This document shows, piece by piece, positions 28,743 to 37,769 of a DNA stretch of 64,000 nt. Both the position numbers and the translations under genes were made by a program. Source of the DNA: Gammaproteobacteria bacterium (GTDB lineage: Bacteria; Pseudomonadota; Gammaproteobacteria; UBA4575); the NCBI GenBank assembly GCA_965203725.1, contig CBDBDH010000003.1, forward strand, positions 259,973-323,972. The letters are read 5' to 3'. Every line of letters starts with the position of its first letter. Position 1 is the stretch's first letter. The notes beneath the pieces were generated by a model. It had not been told where the DNA came from. It did no database searches and saw only the letters and a program-made list of their open reading frames with translations.

Positions 28743-29117
28743 ATGTCCAGACTGGCGATCCTCCTCGGTTCAGGCAATGCCGCACTCGCAATTGCACTGA
28801 GCGCCTTTGCTGCCCACGCTCTGCGCCCTGCCTGGCCGGAGCACCGGTATTCGATTTTTCAGATTGCGGTGGATTATCACCTGTACCATGCGCTAGGCCT
28901 AGTGGTGGTCGGCATCCTGCTTGCCCAGCACGCAGACCGGGGGCTGCTCAAGGCAGCCGCCGCAGTCATGCTCGCCGGAATGGTCCTCTTTTGCGGCAGT
29001 CTCTATGTTCTGAGTCTGACAGAGCTTGCCTGGTCAGGCAGGATCACTCCGTTTGGCGGGGTCGCGTTCATCGCCTCATGGGGCCTGGTGATGATGGCCT
29101 ACTTCAGAAAAAACTGA
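28743..29117 (+). CDS. DUF423 (YgdD-like) inner-membrane protein
   Basis: 124 aa, 4 TM, glycine-rich small membrane protein pattern. Confidence 0.65.
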   Translation: MSRLAILLGSGNAALAIALSAFAAHALRPAWPEHRYSIFQIAVDYHLYHALGLVVVGILLAQHADRGLLKAAAAVMLAGMVLFCGSLYVLSLTELAWSGRITPFGGVAFIASWGLVMMAYFRKN

Positions 29118-29142
29118 TTACGAGCGGTGCTGCGGGATAGCG

Positions 29143-29646
29143 CTAGGCCGATTCGGTGTCTGCGGCCTGCCTCTGCAGCACCCGGATCTCATCGCCAAGT
29201 GCAATCGTACCCCCTGCGAGTACCGATGCCGTGACGCCTCCGTGGTTCCACATGGCATTGAATCCACCGTACCCCAGGGCCTTTTCCATCTTGGCGCAGG
29301 GCACGCAATCTCCGGTCACCCGCAGCACCGCATCGTTGATCCCGATCTCAAGGTCCTTGCAGAGTCCAAGGTTGATGCCCGACACCACGATGTTGCGCCT
29401 GAACACGTCGGGGGCAATGGCCTCCTTGCCCAGCAAGGCGGCGATTACCGGGAGGTATTCGGCCTGGATCAGGGTCACCTGCCTGCGGCTTCCCGCACGC
29501 TGGCCCGCCTTGTCCCCCTCAAGCCCGTGACCTTGCAGCAGCGTGGCAGCCTCCACGACGTCCATGGCCTTGCCTGCCGCCTTTCTGAGTCCGATCCACT
29601 CGATCCTGCCGCTTTGCGGGAAATGGTCCTTGAGTTCGGTAATCAT
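29143..29646 (-). CDS. MOSC domain-containing protein
   Basis: 167 aa. Conserved Cys in VTGDCVPCAKME. YiiM-like beta-barrel. Confidence 0.7.
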   Translation of the reverse strand: MITELKDHFPQSGRIEWIGLRKAAGKAMDVVEAATLLQGHGLEGDKAGQRAGSRRQVTLIQAEYLPVIAALLGKEAIAPDVFRRNIVVSGINLGLCKDLEIGINDAVLRVTGDCVPCAKMEKALGYGGFNAMWNHGGVTASVLAGGTIALGDEIRVLQRQAADTESA

Positions 29647-29669
29647 GGGTAGTCAGGCCCTCGGTATAT

Positions 29670-30950
29670 TTACGGGGAGGTAATGACCTCAAGTCCACCC
29701 ATGTAGGGCTGCAGGACTTCAGGGACACGGACCCGGGCCTCGCTGTCCTGGCAGTTTTCCAGGATCGCCACCAGCGTCCGGCCCGCGGCCAGGCCGGAAC
29801 CGTTCAGCGTGTGCAGCAGTTCGGTTTTGCCGGTTGCGGGGTTCTTCCAGCGGGCCTTGAGCCTTCTCGCCTGGAAGTCCGTGAAATTGCTGCAGGAGGA
29901 AATTTCGCGGTAGCGGTTTTCACCGGGCAGCCAGACCTCGATATCGTAGGTCTTAGCCGCGGCAAACCCCAAGTCACCCGTGCACAGGGTCACCACCCGG
30001 TAGGGCAGTTCAAGTTTCTGCAGTATGATTTCAGCATGCTGCGTGAGTTCCTCGAGCGCACGCCAGGAGGCTTCGGGCTTGACGAGTTGCACGAGCTCGA
30101 CCTTTTCGAACTGGTGCTGGCGGATCATGCCGCGCGTGTCCTTGCCGTACGAGCCGGCTTCCGAGCGAAAACAGGGCGTGTGGCAAACGTATTTCACAGG
30201 CAGCTCTTCCTCTTTCGCGATGGTATCGCGCCACAGGTTGGTCACCGGCACTTCCGCAGTCGGAACCAGGTAATACGGACTGTCCGTGGCCAGCTTGAAC
30301 AGGTCCGCTTCGAACTTGGGCAACTGGCCGGTGCCGGTCAGGCTCTCGTCATTGACGATGTACGGCACGTAGACTTCCCGGTAGCCGTGTTCTGAAACAT
30401 GCACGTCCAGCATGAGCTGGATCAGTGCGCGATGCAGCCTGGCCACCTGGCCGTGCATGGTGACGAACCGGCTGCCGGCGATGCTGGCGGATTTTTCGAA
30501 ATCAAGCCCCCCTGTGCGCTTTCCGATTTCCACGTGACCCAGTGCCGGGGAATCAAATTCCGGGGGCTCGCCCCAGGTACGCACGACGGCGTTGTCCGCT
30601 TCCGTGTTTCCGTCCGGGACGCTCTCGTGGGGAAGGTTGGGCAGGCTCAGCATCCATGCGTGAATTTCCGATTGCAACTGCTCGAGCTCGCCCTCGCCCG
30701 CTTTGAGCTTCGCATTGATCGCTCCCATCTCCTCCAGGATGCCCGAGACATCCTGTCCCGAGGACTTGCCCTGTGCGATCCGCTTGGAATTCGTGTTGCG
30801 CTGGTTTTGCAATCGTTCGGCATCCGTTTGCAGCTGCTTGCGCTTTTTCTCCCGGGCGGTGAACCAGTCCCGGTCGATCATCAGTGCGCGGCGTGCGAGC
30901 TTCCGGGCCACTTCATCCAGCCCGGTTCGCAGCATCTTGGGATTCAGCAT
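29670..30950 (-). CDS. serS: seryl-tRNA synthetase
   Basis: Class II aaRS motifs. The start is placed at MLNPKMLRT, which matches the SerS N-terminal coiled-coil. The listed ORF has a 33-aa upstream extension. Confidence 0.9.
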   Translation of the reverse strand: MLNPKMLRTGLDEVARKLARRALMIDRDWFTAREKKRKQLQTDAERLQNQRNTNSKRIAQGKSSGQDVSGILEEMGAINAKLKAGEGELEQLQSEIHAWMLSLPNLPHESVPDGNTEADNAVVRTWGEPPEFDSPALGHVEIGKRTGGLDFEKSASIAGSRFVTMHGQVARLHRALIQLMLDVHVSEHGYREVYVPYIVNDESLTGTGQLPKFEADLFKLATDSPYYLVPTAEVPVTNLWRDTIAKEEELPVKYVCHTPCFRSEAGSYGKDTRGMIRQHQFEKVELVQLVKPEASWRALEELTQHAEIILQKLELPYRVVTLCTGDLGFAAAKTYDIEVWLPGENRYREISSCSNFTDFQARRLKARWKNPATGKTELLHTLNGSGLAAGRTLVAILENCQDSEARVRVPEVLQPYMGGLEVITSP

Positions 30951-30966
30951 GAGCGAGGCTCCACGA

Positions 30967-31338
30967 TCAAAAGGCGCGCGCCAGGACCACGCCGAGGTAG
31001 CAGGCTCCCAGGCACAGGACGATACTGAGCGTGACGTTGGCCGCCGCACCCATCACGCTGCCCTGCTGGAGCAGATGCAGGGTTTCCAGTGAAAAGGCGG
31101 AAAAGGTGGTGAACCCACCCAGCAGTCCCACCAGCAGCGCCAGGCGGATTTCATCCGTGACCATCCAGCGCTCCAGCAGCACGATCGACAGCACGCCGAT
31201 CAGCAGGGATCCGGTGATGTTGACGAGCAGCGTCCCCAGGGGAAACTTGCCGCCCCACCAGTGTGCGCACTGCACCTGGATCAGGTATCTCAGCACCGAG
31301 CCCAGCGCTCCCCCTGCGGCAATGCTTGCTAGCGTCAA
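30967..31338 (-). CDS. crcB: fluoride ion channel CrcB/FluC
   Basis: 123 aa, 4 [12 protein letters not shown] motif. TTG start with a GGAGA RBS. Confidence 0.85.
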   Translation of the reverse strand: MTLASIAAGGALGSVLRYLIQVQCAHWWGGKFPLGTLLVNITGSLLIGVLSIVLLERWMVTDEIRLALLVGLLGGFTTFSAFSLETLHLLQQGSVMGAAANVTLSIVLCLGACYLGVVLARAF

Positions 31339-31511
31339 ATCAGGTCTCCTTTTCCGTGTGCGGGCCGTCGATTACAAGCGGCTTTGATCAATGGTATATT
31401 GGCTTGCCGCCAGCCATGGTACCGCAAGTTGGCGCATCGATGATGAAACTCCTGGCGATGGCGCCCTGGCACGAGACAGGGAGGGCCAGTGATCGGTAAA
31501 CGTGAAGTTCC

Positions 31512-32984
31512 GTGGGTATGGAAATGCGAGCCAGTCTATCAGAATTGACAAAGCGATTTCATCAGGTCCTGCCCGAGGATGCGGTGCTGGTCAAGCACGA
31601 GCAGCTGGCCCCGTATGAGTGCGATGGCCTGACGGCGTACCGCCAGCTCCCCCGCATCGCCCTGCTGCCGGCAACCCGTGAGCAGGTCTGCGCCGCAGTG
31701 GCAGTCTGCGCAGAGCTGGAGCTTCCCATCGTGGCCCGGGGTGCCGGCACCAGCCTGTCCGGAGGCGCACTGCCTCACCCGGACGGGGTCCTGCTCAACT
31801 TCGCAAGGCTGAACCGGGTACTGGAAATTGACCCGCAGAACCGCACTGCAACCGTGGAACCCGGTGTGCGTAATCTCGCCATCTCGGAAGCTGCACGGCC
31901 GCACGGCCTGTATTACGCACCGGATCCTTCCTCGCAGATCGCCTGTACCATCGGCGGCAACATTGCAGAGAATTCAGGGGGAGTCCATTGCCTGAAGTAC
32001 GGACTGACCGTGCACAACATCCTGGCCCTGGAGGTCCTGACGGTCGATGGCGAAATCCTCGAACTGGGAGGCAAGCACCTGGAGTCCTGCGGGTTTGACC
32101 TGCTGGCGCTGATGAACGGTTCGGAGGGCATGCTGGGGGTGGTGCTGCAGGCGACGGTGAAGCTGCTGCCAGCACCGCATGACCGCAAAGTGCTGCTGGC
32201 CGCCTTCTCACGCGTACGCGATGCCGGAAATGCCGTGGCTGCCGTCATCTCCCATGGAATCATCCCGGCCGGTCTTGAGATGATGGATCGCTTCACCATC
32301 CAGGCCACGGAGCAGTACTGCAGTCCCGGCTACCCGAAAGAAGCCGCGGCCATCCTGATCTGCGAACTGGACGGTTACGAGGAGGAGCTGGCGGACCAGA
32401 TGGAACGTGCCAGACAGCTGCTCGAACAGAACCAGGCGACGGAAGTGCGCCTGGCAAACGACGAACAGGAGGCGGAGCTGCTGTGGCAGGGCCGCAAGGC
32501 GGCCTTCCCAGCACTCGGCAACCTGTCTCCCGACTACTACTGCATGGACGGCACCATTCCGCGCAAGCACCTGGCGGAAGTCCTGGAGGGAATCGATGCG
32601 CTGTCCGCAAAATTCGGACTTCGCGTGGCCAATGTATTCCATGCGGGGGACGGCAACCTGCATCCGCTCATTCTCTACGATGCCAACGAGGAGGGTCAGC
32701 TGGAGAAAGCAGAAAAGTTCGGCAGCGAGATCCTGCAGCTTTGCGTCAGGATGGGAGGTACCATTACCGGAGAACATGGCGTGGGCGTCGAGAAGCTGGA
32801 CGAGATGTGCGTGCAGTTCAACCCGGAGGAACTGAAGACCTTCTATGCTATCAAGTCCGCCTTCGACGAGCGCGGGCTGCTCAACCCCGGCAAGGCCATC
32901 CCGACCCTGCACCGCTGTGCCGAGTTCGGCGCCATGCATGTGCACGAGGGGAAACTGCCCCATGCCCACCTGCCCCGTTTTTGA
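31512..32984 (+). CDS. glcD: glycolate oxidase FAD-linked subunit GlcD
   Basis: 490 aa. FAD-binding PCMH domain plus C-terminal oxidase domain. Followed by glcE and glcF. Confidence 0.85.
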   Translation: MGMEMRASLSELTKRFHQVLPEDAVLVKHEQLAPYECDGLTAYRQLPRIALLPATREQVCAAVAVCAELELPIVARGAGTSLSGGALPHPDGVLLNFARLNRVLEIDPQNRTATVEPGVRNLAISEAARPHGLYYAPDPSSQIACTIGGNIAENSGGVHCLKYGLTVHNILALEVLTVDGEILELGGKHLESCGFDLLALMNGSEGMLGVVLQATVKLLPAPHDRKVLLAAFSRVRDAGNAVAAVISHGIIPAGLEMMDRFTIQATEQYCSPGYPKEAAAILICELDGYEEELADQMERARQLLEQNQATEVRLANDEQEAELLWQGRKAAFPALGNLSPDYYCMDGTIPRKHLAEVLEGIDALSAKFGLRVANVFHAGDGNLHPLILYDANEEGQLEKAEKFGSEILQLCVRMGGTITGEHGVGVEKLDEMCVQFNPEELKTFYAIKSAFDERGLLNPGKAIPTLHRCAEFGAMHVHEGKLPHAHLPRF

Positions 32985-32998
32985 CGGCCGGCCCGGAT

Positions 32999-34054
32999 GT
33001 GACGGATAACAGGGAAATCATCGCAGCCCGAATCCGGGACGCGGCAGAGCACAAGACTGCCCTGCAGCTTCTGGGCGGAAACACCAAGGCCTGGTACGGA
33101 CGGGACATCCAGGCCACACCCCTTTGCCTGGCCGGGCACTCGGGAGTCGTCGAATACGAACCTTCCGAGCTTTATATCACCGCGCGCTGCGGCACCCCCT
33201 TGAGCACGATCGAGCAAGTCATCGCAGAGGAAAACCAGATGCTCCCGTTTGAGCCGCCCCACTTCGGGGCGACAGCCACCCTGGGCGGCGCCATTGCCGC
33301 GGGCCTGGCCGGGCCCCGGCGCATCAGCGGCGGCGCCGTGCGTGACTGCATGCTGGGTGCGGAAATCATCAATGGCAAGGGGGAATACCTGTGCTTCGGC
33401 GGCAAGGTCATGAAGAACGTCGCCGGCTACGACGCATCGCGCCTGATGTGCGGGGCACTGGGGACCCTGGGGGCCTTGATGTCGGTCACCCTGCGCCTGT
33501 TGCCGCGCCCGCAGTGCGAGCAAACCATGGTCATGGCCGAAACGCCCGCCGATGCGATCCGTAAAATGAACGCCTGGGCGCGCACCCCGATGCCGATCAC
33601 GGCTACCTTTCACGACGGCGAGAACCTCCATGTCCGCCTGACCGGCTCCTCATCGGCGATTGAAAAATGCCGGGACGAAATCGGCGGGGATCGCATCGAA
33701 TCAAGCGCACCCCTCTGGGACCGTGTCCGCGAGCAAACCCATGAAGTGTTTGCACCCGGTGCGCCCTTGTGGAGGGTCCGGGTGCCGCCCTCAACCGCCC
33801 CGCTCGACCTCCCGGAACCCTGTGCAATGGAATGGAACGGTGCCCTTCGCTGGTATTCCACACAAGCAGAAGCTGCCACGGTCCGCACGGTCGCCCGCGA
33901 GGCGGGCGGGCAGGCCTGCCGGTTCCGGGGACCGGCCATCGAGCAGGTGTTCCATCCCCTGCCACCCGCACTGCTCAAGATTCATGAGAGGCTCAAGCAC
34001 GCCTTTGATCCGGCGGGAATTCTCAATCCCGGCAAGATGTACCCGCAATTCTGA
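32999..34054 (+). CDS. glcE: glycolate oxidase FAD-binding subunit GlcE
   Basis: In-frame with the listed 32483 ORF. The plausible start is GTG 32999 (VTDNREIIAAR...) or TTG 32981, which overlaps the glcD stop. FAD-binding domain. Confidence 0.75.
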   Translation: MTDNREIIAARIRDAAEHKTALQLLGGNTKAWYGRDIQATPLCLAGHSGVVEYEPSELYITARCGTPLSTIEQVIAEENQMLPFEPPHFGATATLGGAIAAGLAGPRRISGGAVRDCMLGAEIINGKGEYLCFGGKVMKNVAGYDASRLMCGALGTLGALMSVTLRLLPRPQCEQTMVMAETPADAIRKMNAWARTPMPITATFHDGENLHVRLTGSSSAIEKCRDEIGGDRIESSAPLWDRVREQTHEVFAPGAPLWRVRVPPSTAPLDLPEPCAMEWNGALRWYSTQAEAATVRTVAREAGGQACRFRGPAIEQVFHPLPPALLKIHERLKHAFDPAGILNPGKMYPQF

Positions 34055-34059
34055 ATCCC

Positions 34060-35256
34060 ATGCAGACTTCGCTGCCAAAAGAATTCCTGCAGACGACAGA
34101 GGGCCTCAAGGCGAATGAGATCCTGCGCAGCTGCGTGCATTGCGGGCTTTGCAATGCGACCTGCCCGACCTACCAGCTGACCGGCAATGAACTCGACGGC
34201 CCCCGGGGCCGGATTTACCTGATCAAGAACCACCTGGAAGACCAGAGTGACGCCAGCGTAGGCCTCAGGCATCTGGACCGGTGCCTGACGTGCCTGTCCT
34301 GCGAAACCACATGTCCCTCCAATGTCCGGTTTGGCCATCTGCTAGACATCGGGCGAAAACGCATGGACCAGGCCATCCAGCGCCCGCTGGCAAGCCGAAT
34401 CAAGCGGCACCTGATTGCCCGCGTGTTTGCCAAGCCGTACCTTGTCCGGGCCCTGCTGGCCCTGGCACGACTCTCCAAGCCCTTCCTGCCCCGGAGTCTG
34501 GCGACAAAGATACCTATCCGAGCCCCCGCATCCAGAGTATTGGCAGCCAAGGCCGGATCATCCAGATTGCTCACGATTCGCGGTTGCGTGCAGTCGGTCG
34601 TCGCCCCGCAGATCAACCAGGCGGCCGCCAAGGTCCTGGAGCGCTCGGGCATCGGCCTTGAGGAAGCGAAAGGTAACTGCTGCGGGGCCTTGTCCTATCA
34701 TCTGGCAGACACTGCACAGGCCGAGAAAACCATTCGCCAAAACATCGACAACTGGTATCCAGAGCTTGCAGGTGAATACCAGTATTTAGTAGTTGCATCA
34801 AGTGGATGCAGCAGCTTCATCAAGCAATATGGAGAAATCATGCAGGCAGATCCCCGCTATGCAAAGCGCGCCGCCTTCATCAGCGAACATTGCCGGGACC
34901 TCTCCGAACTCGATTTTGCGCAGGCTGCGAAGCCTGCGAAGGGAGCTTGCTCGGTGGCCTTTCATAGTCCCTGCACACTTCAGCATGCCCAGGGCGTGCT
35001 TGGCAACATCGAGGGCTGGCTAGAGGGTGCCGGCTACCGACTGATCCCTACAGCGGATCCGCATTTATGCTGTGGTTCTGCGGGCAGCTATTCCCTGCTG
35101 GAACCAGAACTTTCCACCCGGCTGCTGGAAAACAAGCTGGACAGCCTGGAGAAAAGCGAGCCGGATATCATCTGCACGGCCAACATAGGGTGCCTGATGC
35201 ATTTGCAGTCTGGAACCCGGCGGCCGGTCAAGCACTGGATCGAACTGCTTACTTAG
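34060..35256 (+). CDS. glcF: glycolate oxidase iron-sulfur subunit GlcF
   Basis: Two 4Fe-4S Cys clusters (CVHCGLCNATCP, CLTCLSCETTCP) and a C-terminal CCG domain. Confidence 0.85.
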   Translation: MQTSLPKEFLQTTEGLKANEILRSCVHCGLCNATCPTYQLTGNELDGPRGRIYLIKNHLEDQSDASVGLRHLDRCLTCLSCETTCPSNVRFGHLLDIGRKRMDQAIQRPLASRIKRHLIARVFAKPYLVRALLALARLSKPFLPRSLATKIPIRAPASRVLAAKAGSSRLLTIRGCVQSVVAPQINQAAAKVLERSGIGLEEAKGNCCGALSYHLADTAQAEKTIRQNIDNWYPELAGEYQYLVVASSGCSSFIKQYGEIMQADPRYAKRAAFISEHCRDLSELDFAQAAKPAKGACSVAFHSPCTLQHAQGVLGNIEGWLEGAGYRLIPTADPHLCCGSAGSYSLLEPELSTRLLENKLDSLEKSEPDIICTANIGCLMHLQSGTRRPVKHWIELLT

Positions 35257-35320
35257 CCGGTACGGAATCACCGGCATGTAGGATGGGTGTGGCTGGCAGC
35301 CACCACCCGCTGGATGAGGA

Positions 35321-35605
35321 TCAGGGGTCCTCGGGCTTCCAGACCCCGAATGCCTCGCCCTTGGGACGCATCTGGGCTTGTCTTTGCCGGGTGACATCTT
35401 CGTAGACGTACTTCGCAAAGGCGACGATCTCATTCATGATCTCATTTTTCTCACCGACCGGCAGGTCATGGTTCCCGACCATGAAACCCGTGATCGCCGC
35501 CAGGTACTGACCGGCCAGGATCGGGTTTTCGGCGCGCTCATCTTCTTCCGTGAGCGTTCTCTGGATCTTCTCGATGAGTTCCCTTGACAGTTTCAGCTGG
35601 TCCAT
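35321..35605 (-). CDS. hypothetical small protein
   Basis: 94 aa, acidic. Sits between glcF and rarA. No recognisable family. Confidence 0.3.
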   Translation of the reverse strand: MDQLKLSRELIEKIQRTLTEEDERAENPILAGQYLAAITGFMVGNHDLPVGEKNEIMNEIVAFAKYVYEDVTRQRQAQMRPKGEAFGVWKPEDP

Positions 35606-35626
35606 GGTGGATGGCTCCGTCGATGT

Positions 35627-37096
35627 TCAGTTGCGGTTTTCGGTTTTACTGCGGAGTTTGTCCAAATGCTCCCGGATCTTGAGTTCGAGTCCCCTGGCCT
35701 CGGGTTCATAGTACCGTGTTCCCCGCAGTATTTCAGGAAAGTAGCACTCTCCCGGGACATAAGCATCCGGTTCGTCATGCGCGTAGCGGTACCCTTGCCC
35801 GTGGCCAAGATCCTTCATTAGTTTTGTGGGCGCGTTCCTCAGATGCATCGGCACTTCCTGGCTGCCGTGGGTTTTGGCATCCTTCATCGCCAGCCCGTAC
35901 GCCCGGTACACGGCATTGCTTTTGGGCATGCATGCCAGGTACACGATCGCCTGTGCAATCGCCAGTTCGCCCTCAGGCGAGCCCAGCCGCTCATAGGTCT
36001 GCCAGGCGCTCATGGCAATCTGCAGACCCCGGGGATCGGCGTTGCCGATATCCTCGACCGCCATGCGCAGAACACGGCGCGCGATATAGTGGGGGTCGCA
36101 CCCCCCGTCAACCATCCTGCAAAACCAGTACAGGGATGCGTCGGGGTCCGAACCGCGCACGGACTTGTGCAGGGCGGAGATCTGGTCGTAAAAGTACTCA
36201 CCTTGCTTGTCGAAGCGCCTCGTACCCTGTGCCGTGACCTCCTTGACGATTTCACAGCTGATCACTTTCTCCATCTCGTTCTCGTCGATCCAGTCGGAGG
36301 CGATCTCCAGGAAATTCAGTGCGCGCCGCGCATCCCCGTCGGCGGCCACAGCCAGCAGTTCCCTGGCCTGCGGATCGATCCGGATCTGCCTGGAGCCCAG
36401 GCCGCGTTCCTCATCGAGCAGTGCAGCGTCGATGCACCGGCCCACCTCGGTTTCCGTCAGCCGCTTGAGCACGTAGGTGCGCGCCCTGGACAACAGCGCA
36501 TTGTTGAGTTCAAAGGAAGGGTTTTCCGTCGTGGCACCGATAAAATAGAACGTGCCATCTTCGATATACGGCAGGAATGCGTCCTGCTGGACCTTGTTGA
36601 ACCGATGCACTTCGTCGATGAAAAGCACGGTACTGGAAGCCTTCTCCTGGCCGTGCAGCCTGGCCTGCTCAATGACCCGGCGGATCTCCTTGACTCCGGC
36701 CAGTACGGCCGACAGGGAAAGAAACTGCGCGTGCGAGCTGCTGGAAATGATACGCGCCAGCGTGGTCTTGCCCGTGCCGGGCGGCCCCCAGAAAACCATG
36801 GAGTGCAGCCTGCCCTGTTCAATCGCCAGATGCAGGGGCTTGCCGGGAGACAGCAAGTGCGCCTGGCCGACGAATTCGGCCAGGGTGGCAGGGCGCATGC
36901 GGTCCGCAAGCGGACGATAGCCGTCGCTGCGGTCAAACAGGTCAGTCGCCGGGCGGGTGGATGTGTCTGAAATAACGACCTCCTCGATTATACCGCTGCA
37001 CTTCCCGGTCTTGTCTGAAGCCGGCCAGCAGATTCCGGATGAGGACAGCCGGGGTGCAGGCTCGCCCCGGTCACTGCGAAGGAATACCCACGACAT
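35627..37096 (-). CDS. rarA: replication-associated recombination protein A (AAA+ ATPase RarA/MgsA)
   Basis: Walker A GPPGTGKTT. Strong homology from DLFDRSDGYRPLADRMRPATL onward. The ATG at 37096 overlaps the lolA 3' end by 26 nt, so the true start is uncertain. Confidence 0.85.
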   Translation of the reverse strand: MSWVFLRSDRGEPAPRLSSSGICWPASDKTGKCSGIIEEVVISDTSTRPATDLFDRSDGYRPLADRMRPATLAEFVGQAHLLSPGKPLHLAIEQGRLHSMVFWGPPGTGKTTLARIISSSSHAQFLSLSAVLAGVKEIRRVIEQARLHGQEKASSTVLFIDEVHRFNKVQQDAFLPYIEDGTFYFIGATTENPSFELNNALLSRARTYVLKRLTETEVGRCIDAALLDEERGLGSRQIRIDPQARELLAVAADGDARRALNFLEIASDWIDENEMEKVISCEIVKEVTAQGTRRFDKQGEYFYDQISALHKSVRGSDPDASLYWFCRMVDGGCDPHYIARRVLRMAVEDIGNADPRGLQIAMSAWQTYERLGSPEGELAIAQAIVYLACMPKSNAVYRAYGLAMKDAKTHGSQEVPMHLRNAPTKLMKDLGHGQGYRYAHDEPDAYVPGECYFPEILRGTRYYEPEARGLELKIREHLDKLRSKTENRN

Positions 37097-37703
37097 CCAC
37101 TCCCTGGGGGGCTTCGAACACGAAATACCGGGCGGGAAAACCCACGTTCAGCTCAAGATGCCTGAATTCGATGACCGTTTTTTGCGAGAACTGGTCGTGC
37201 AGTTCCATTTTCCGGATTCCCTGGCCGTCGAGGCCGATCTGCACACTGCGAAACTCGGTGTCCTGGACATGGGGGACCAGCCGCACCCAGCTGAGCTTGT
37301 CCCGGTCCGGGCCCGCGGAAATCTCGAAATCATCCTGCAGCACGCGGGCATTCATCAGCAGCATGATCGGCGCATGGCCCAGCGCTTCCATGATGGGCCG
37401 GGCCATCGCCTGCTGCAGCTCTTCGTCGTAGACCCAGAGGTACTTGCCGTCGGCGAGGATCAGTTGCCTGTGCGGACGTGCGTACTGAAAGCGAAACCGG
37501 CCCGGCCGGCTCAGGGCGACCGACCCCTCCGCGGTCTGGACCAGCCTGCCGTTCTCGTCCCAGACGGTCTGCAGAAAGCTTCCCCGGAAAGAATCCACTT
37601 TCGAGAAGAATGCATTCAGCAAGTCTACCGCCTCACTGCCCTGGCAGGCCAATGACAATGACAGGAACACAGCTCCCAAGAGTAGTTTCCAGATCCGTAT
37701 CAC
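37071..37703 (-). CDS. lolA: outer-membrane lipoprotein carrier protein LolA
   Basis: 210 aa, signal peptide. ftsK-lolA-rarA synteny. Confidence 0.85.
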   Translation of the reverse strand: MIRIWKLLLGAVFLSLSLACQGSEAVDLLNAFFSKVDSFRGSFLQTVWDENGRLVQTAEGSVALSRPGRFRFQYARPHRQLILADGKYLWVYDEELQQAMARPIMEALGHAPIMLLMNARVLQDDFEISAGPDRDKLSWVRLVPHVQDTEFRSVQIGLDGQGIRKMELHDQFSQKTVIEFRHLELNVGFPARYFVFEAPQGVDVVGIPSQ

Positions 37704-37769
37704 GCGCTGTCCTGCCTGAATTCCCGGGCAAGATGAAACCGATGGTGCCCGGCCATGCTCAGTGTCGCA

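Noticed and set aside
31339-31511. Looked for a fluoride riboswitch (crcB motif) upstream of crcB.
   Set aside because: No GGCGATGG...CTAATGAC-like core on the crcB strand. A superficially similar CTGGCGATGGCGCC lies on the opposite (glcD) strand and lacks the rest of the motif.
35627-37096. Possible mis-called rarA start: 26-nt overlap with lolA, and no ATG/GTG/TTG near the homology-based N-terminus at about 36976.
   Set aside because: Cannot be resolved from sequence alone. The ATG at 37096 has a plausible GGGAG RBS, so the long ORF is retained and the start is flagged as uncertain.
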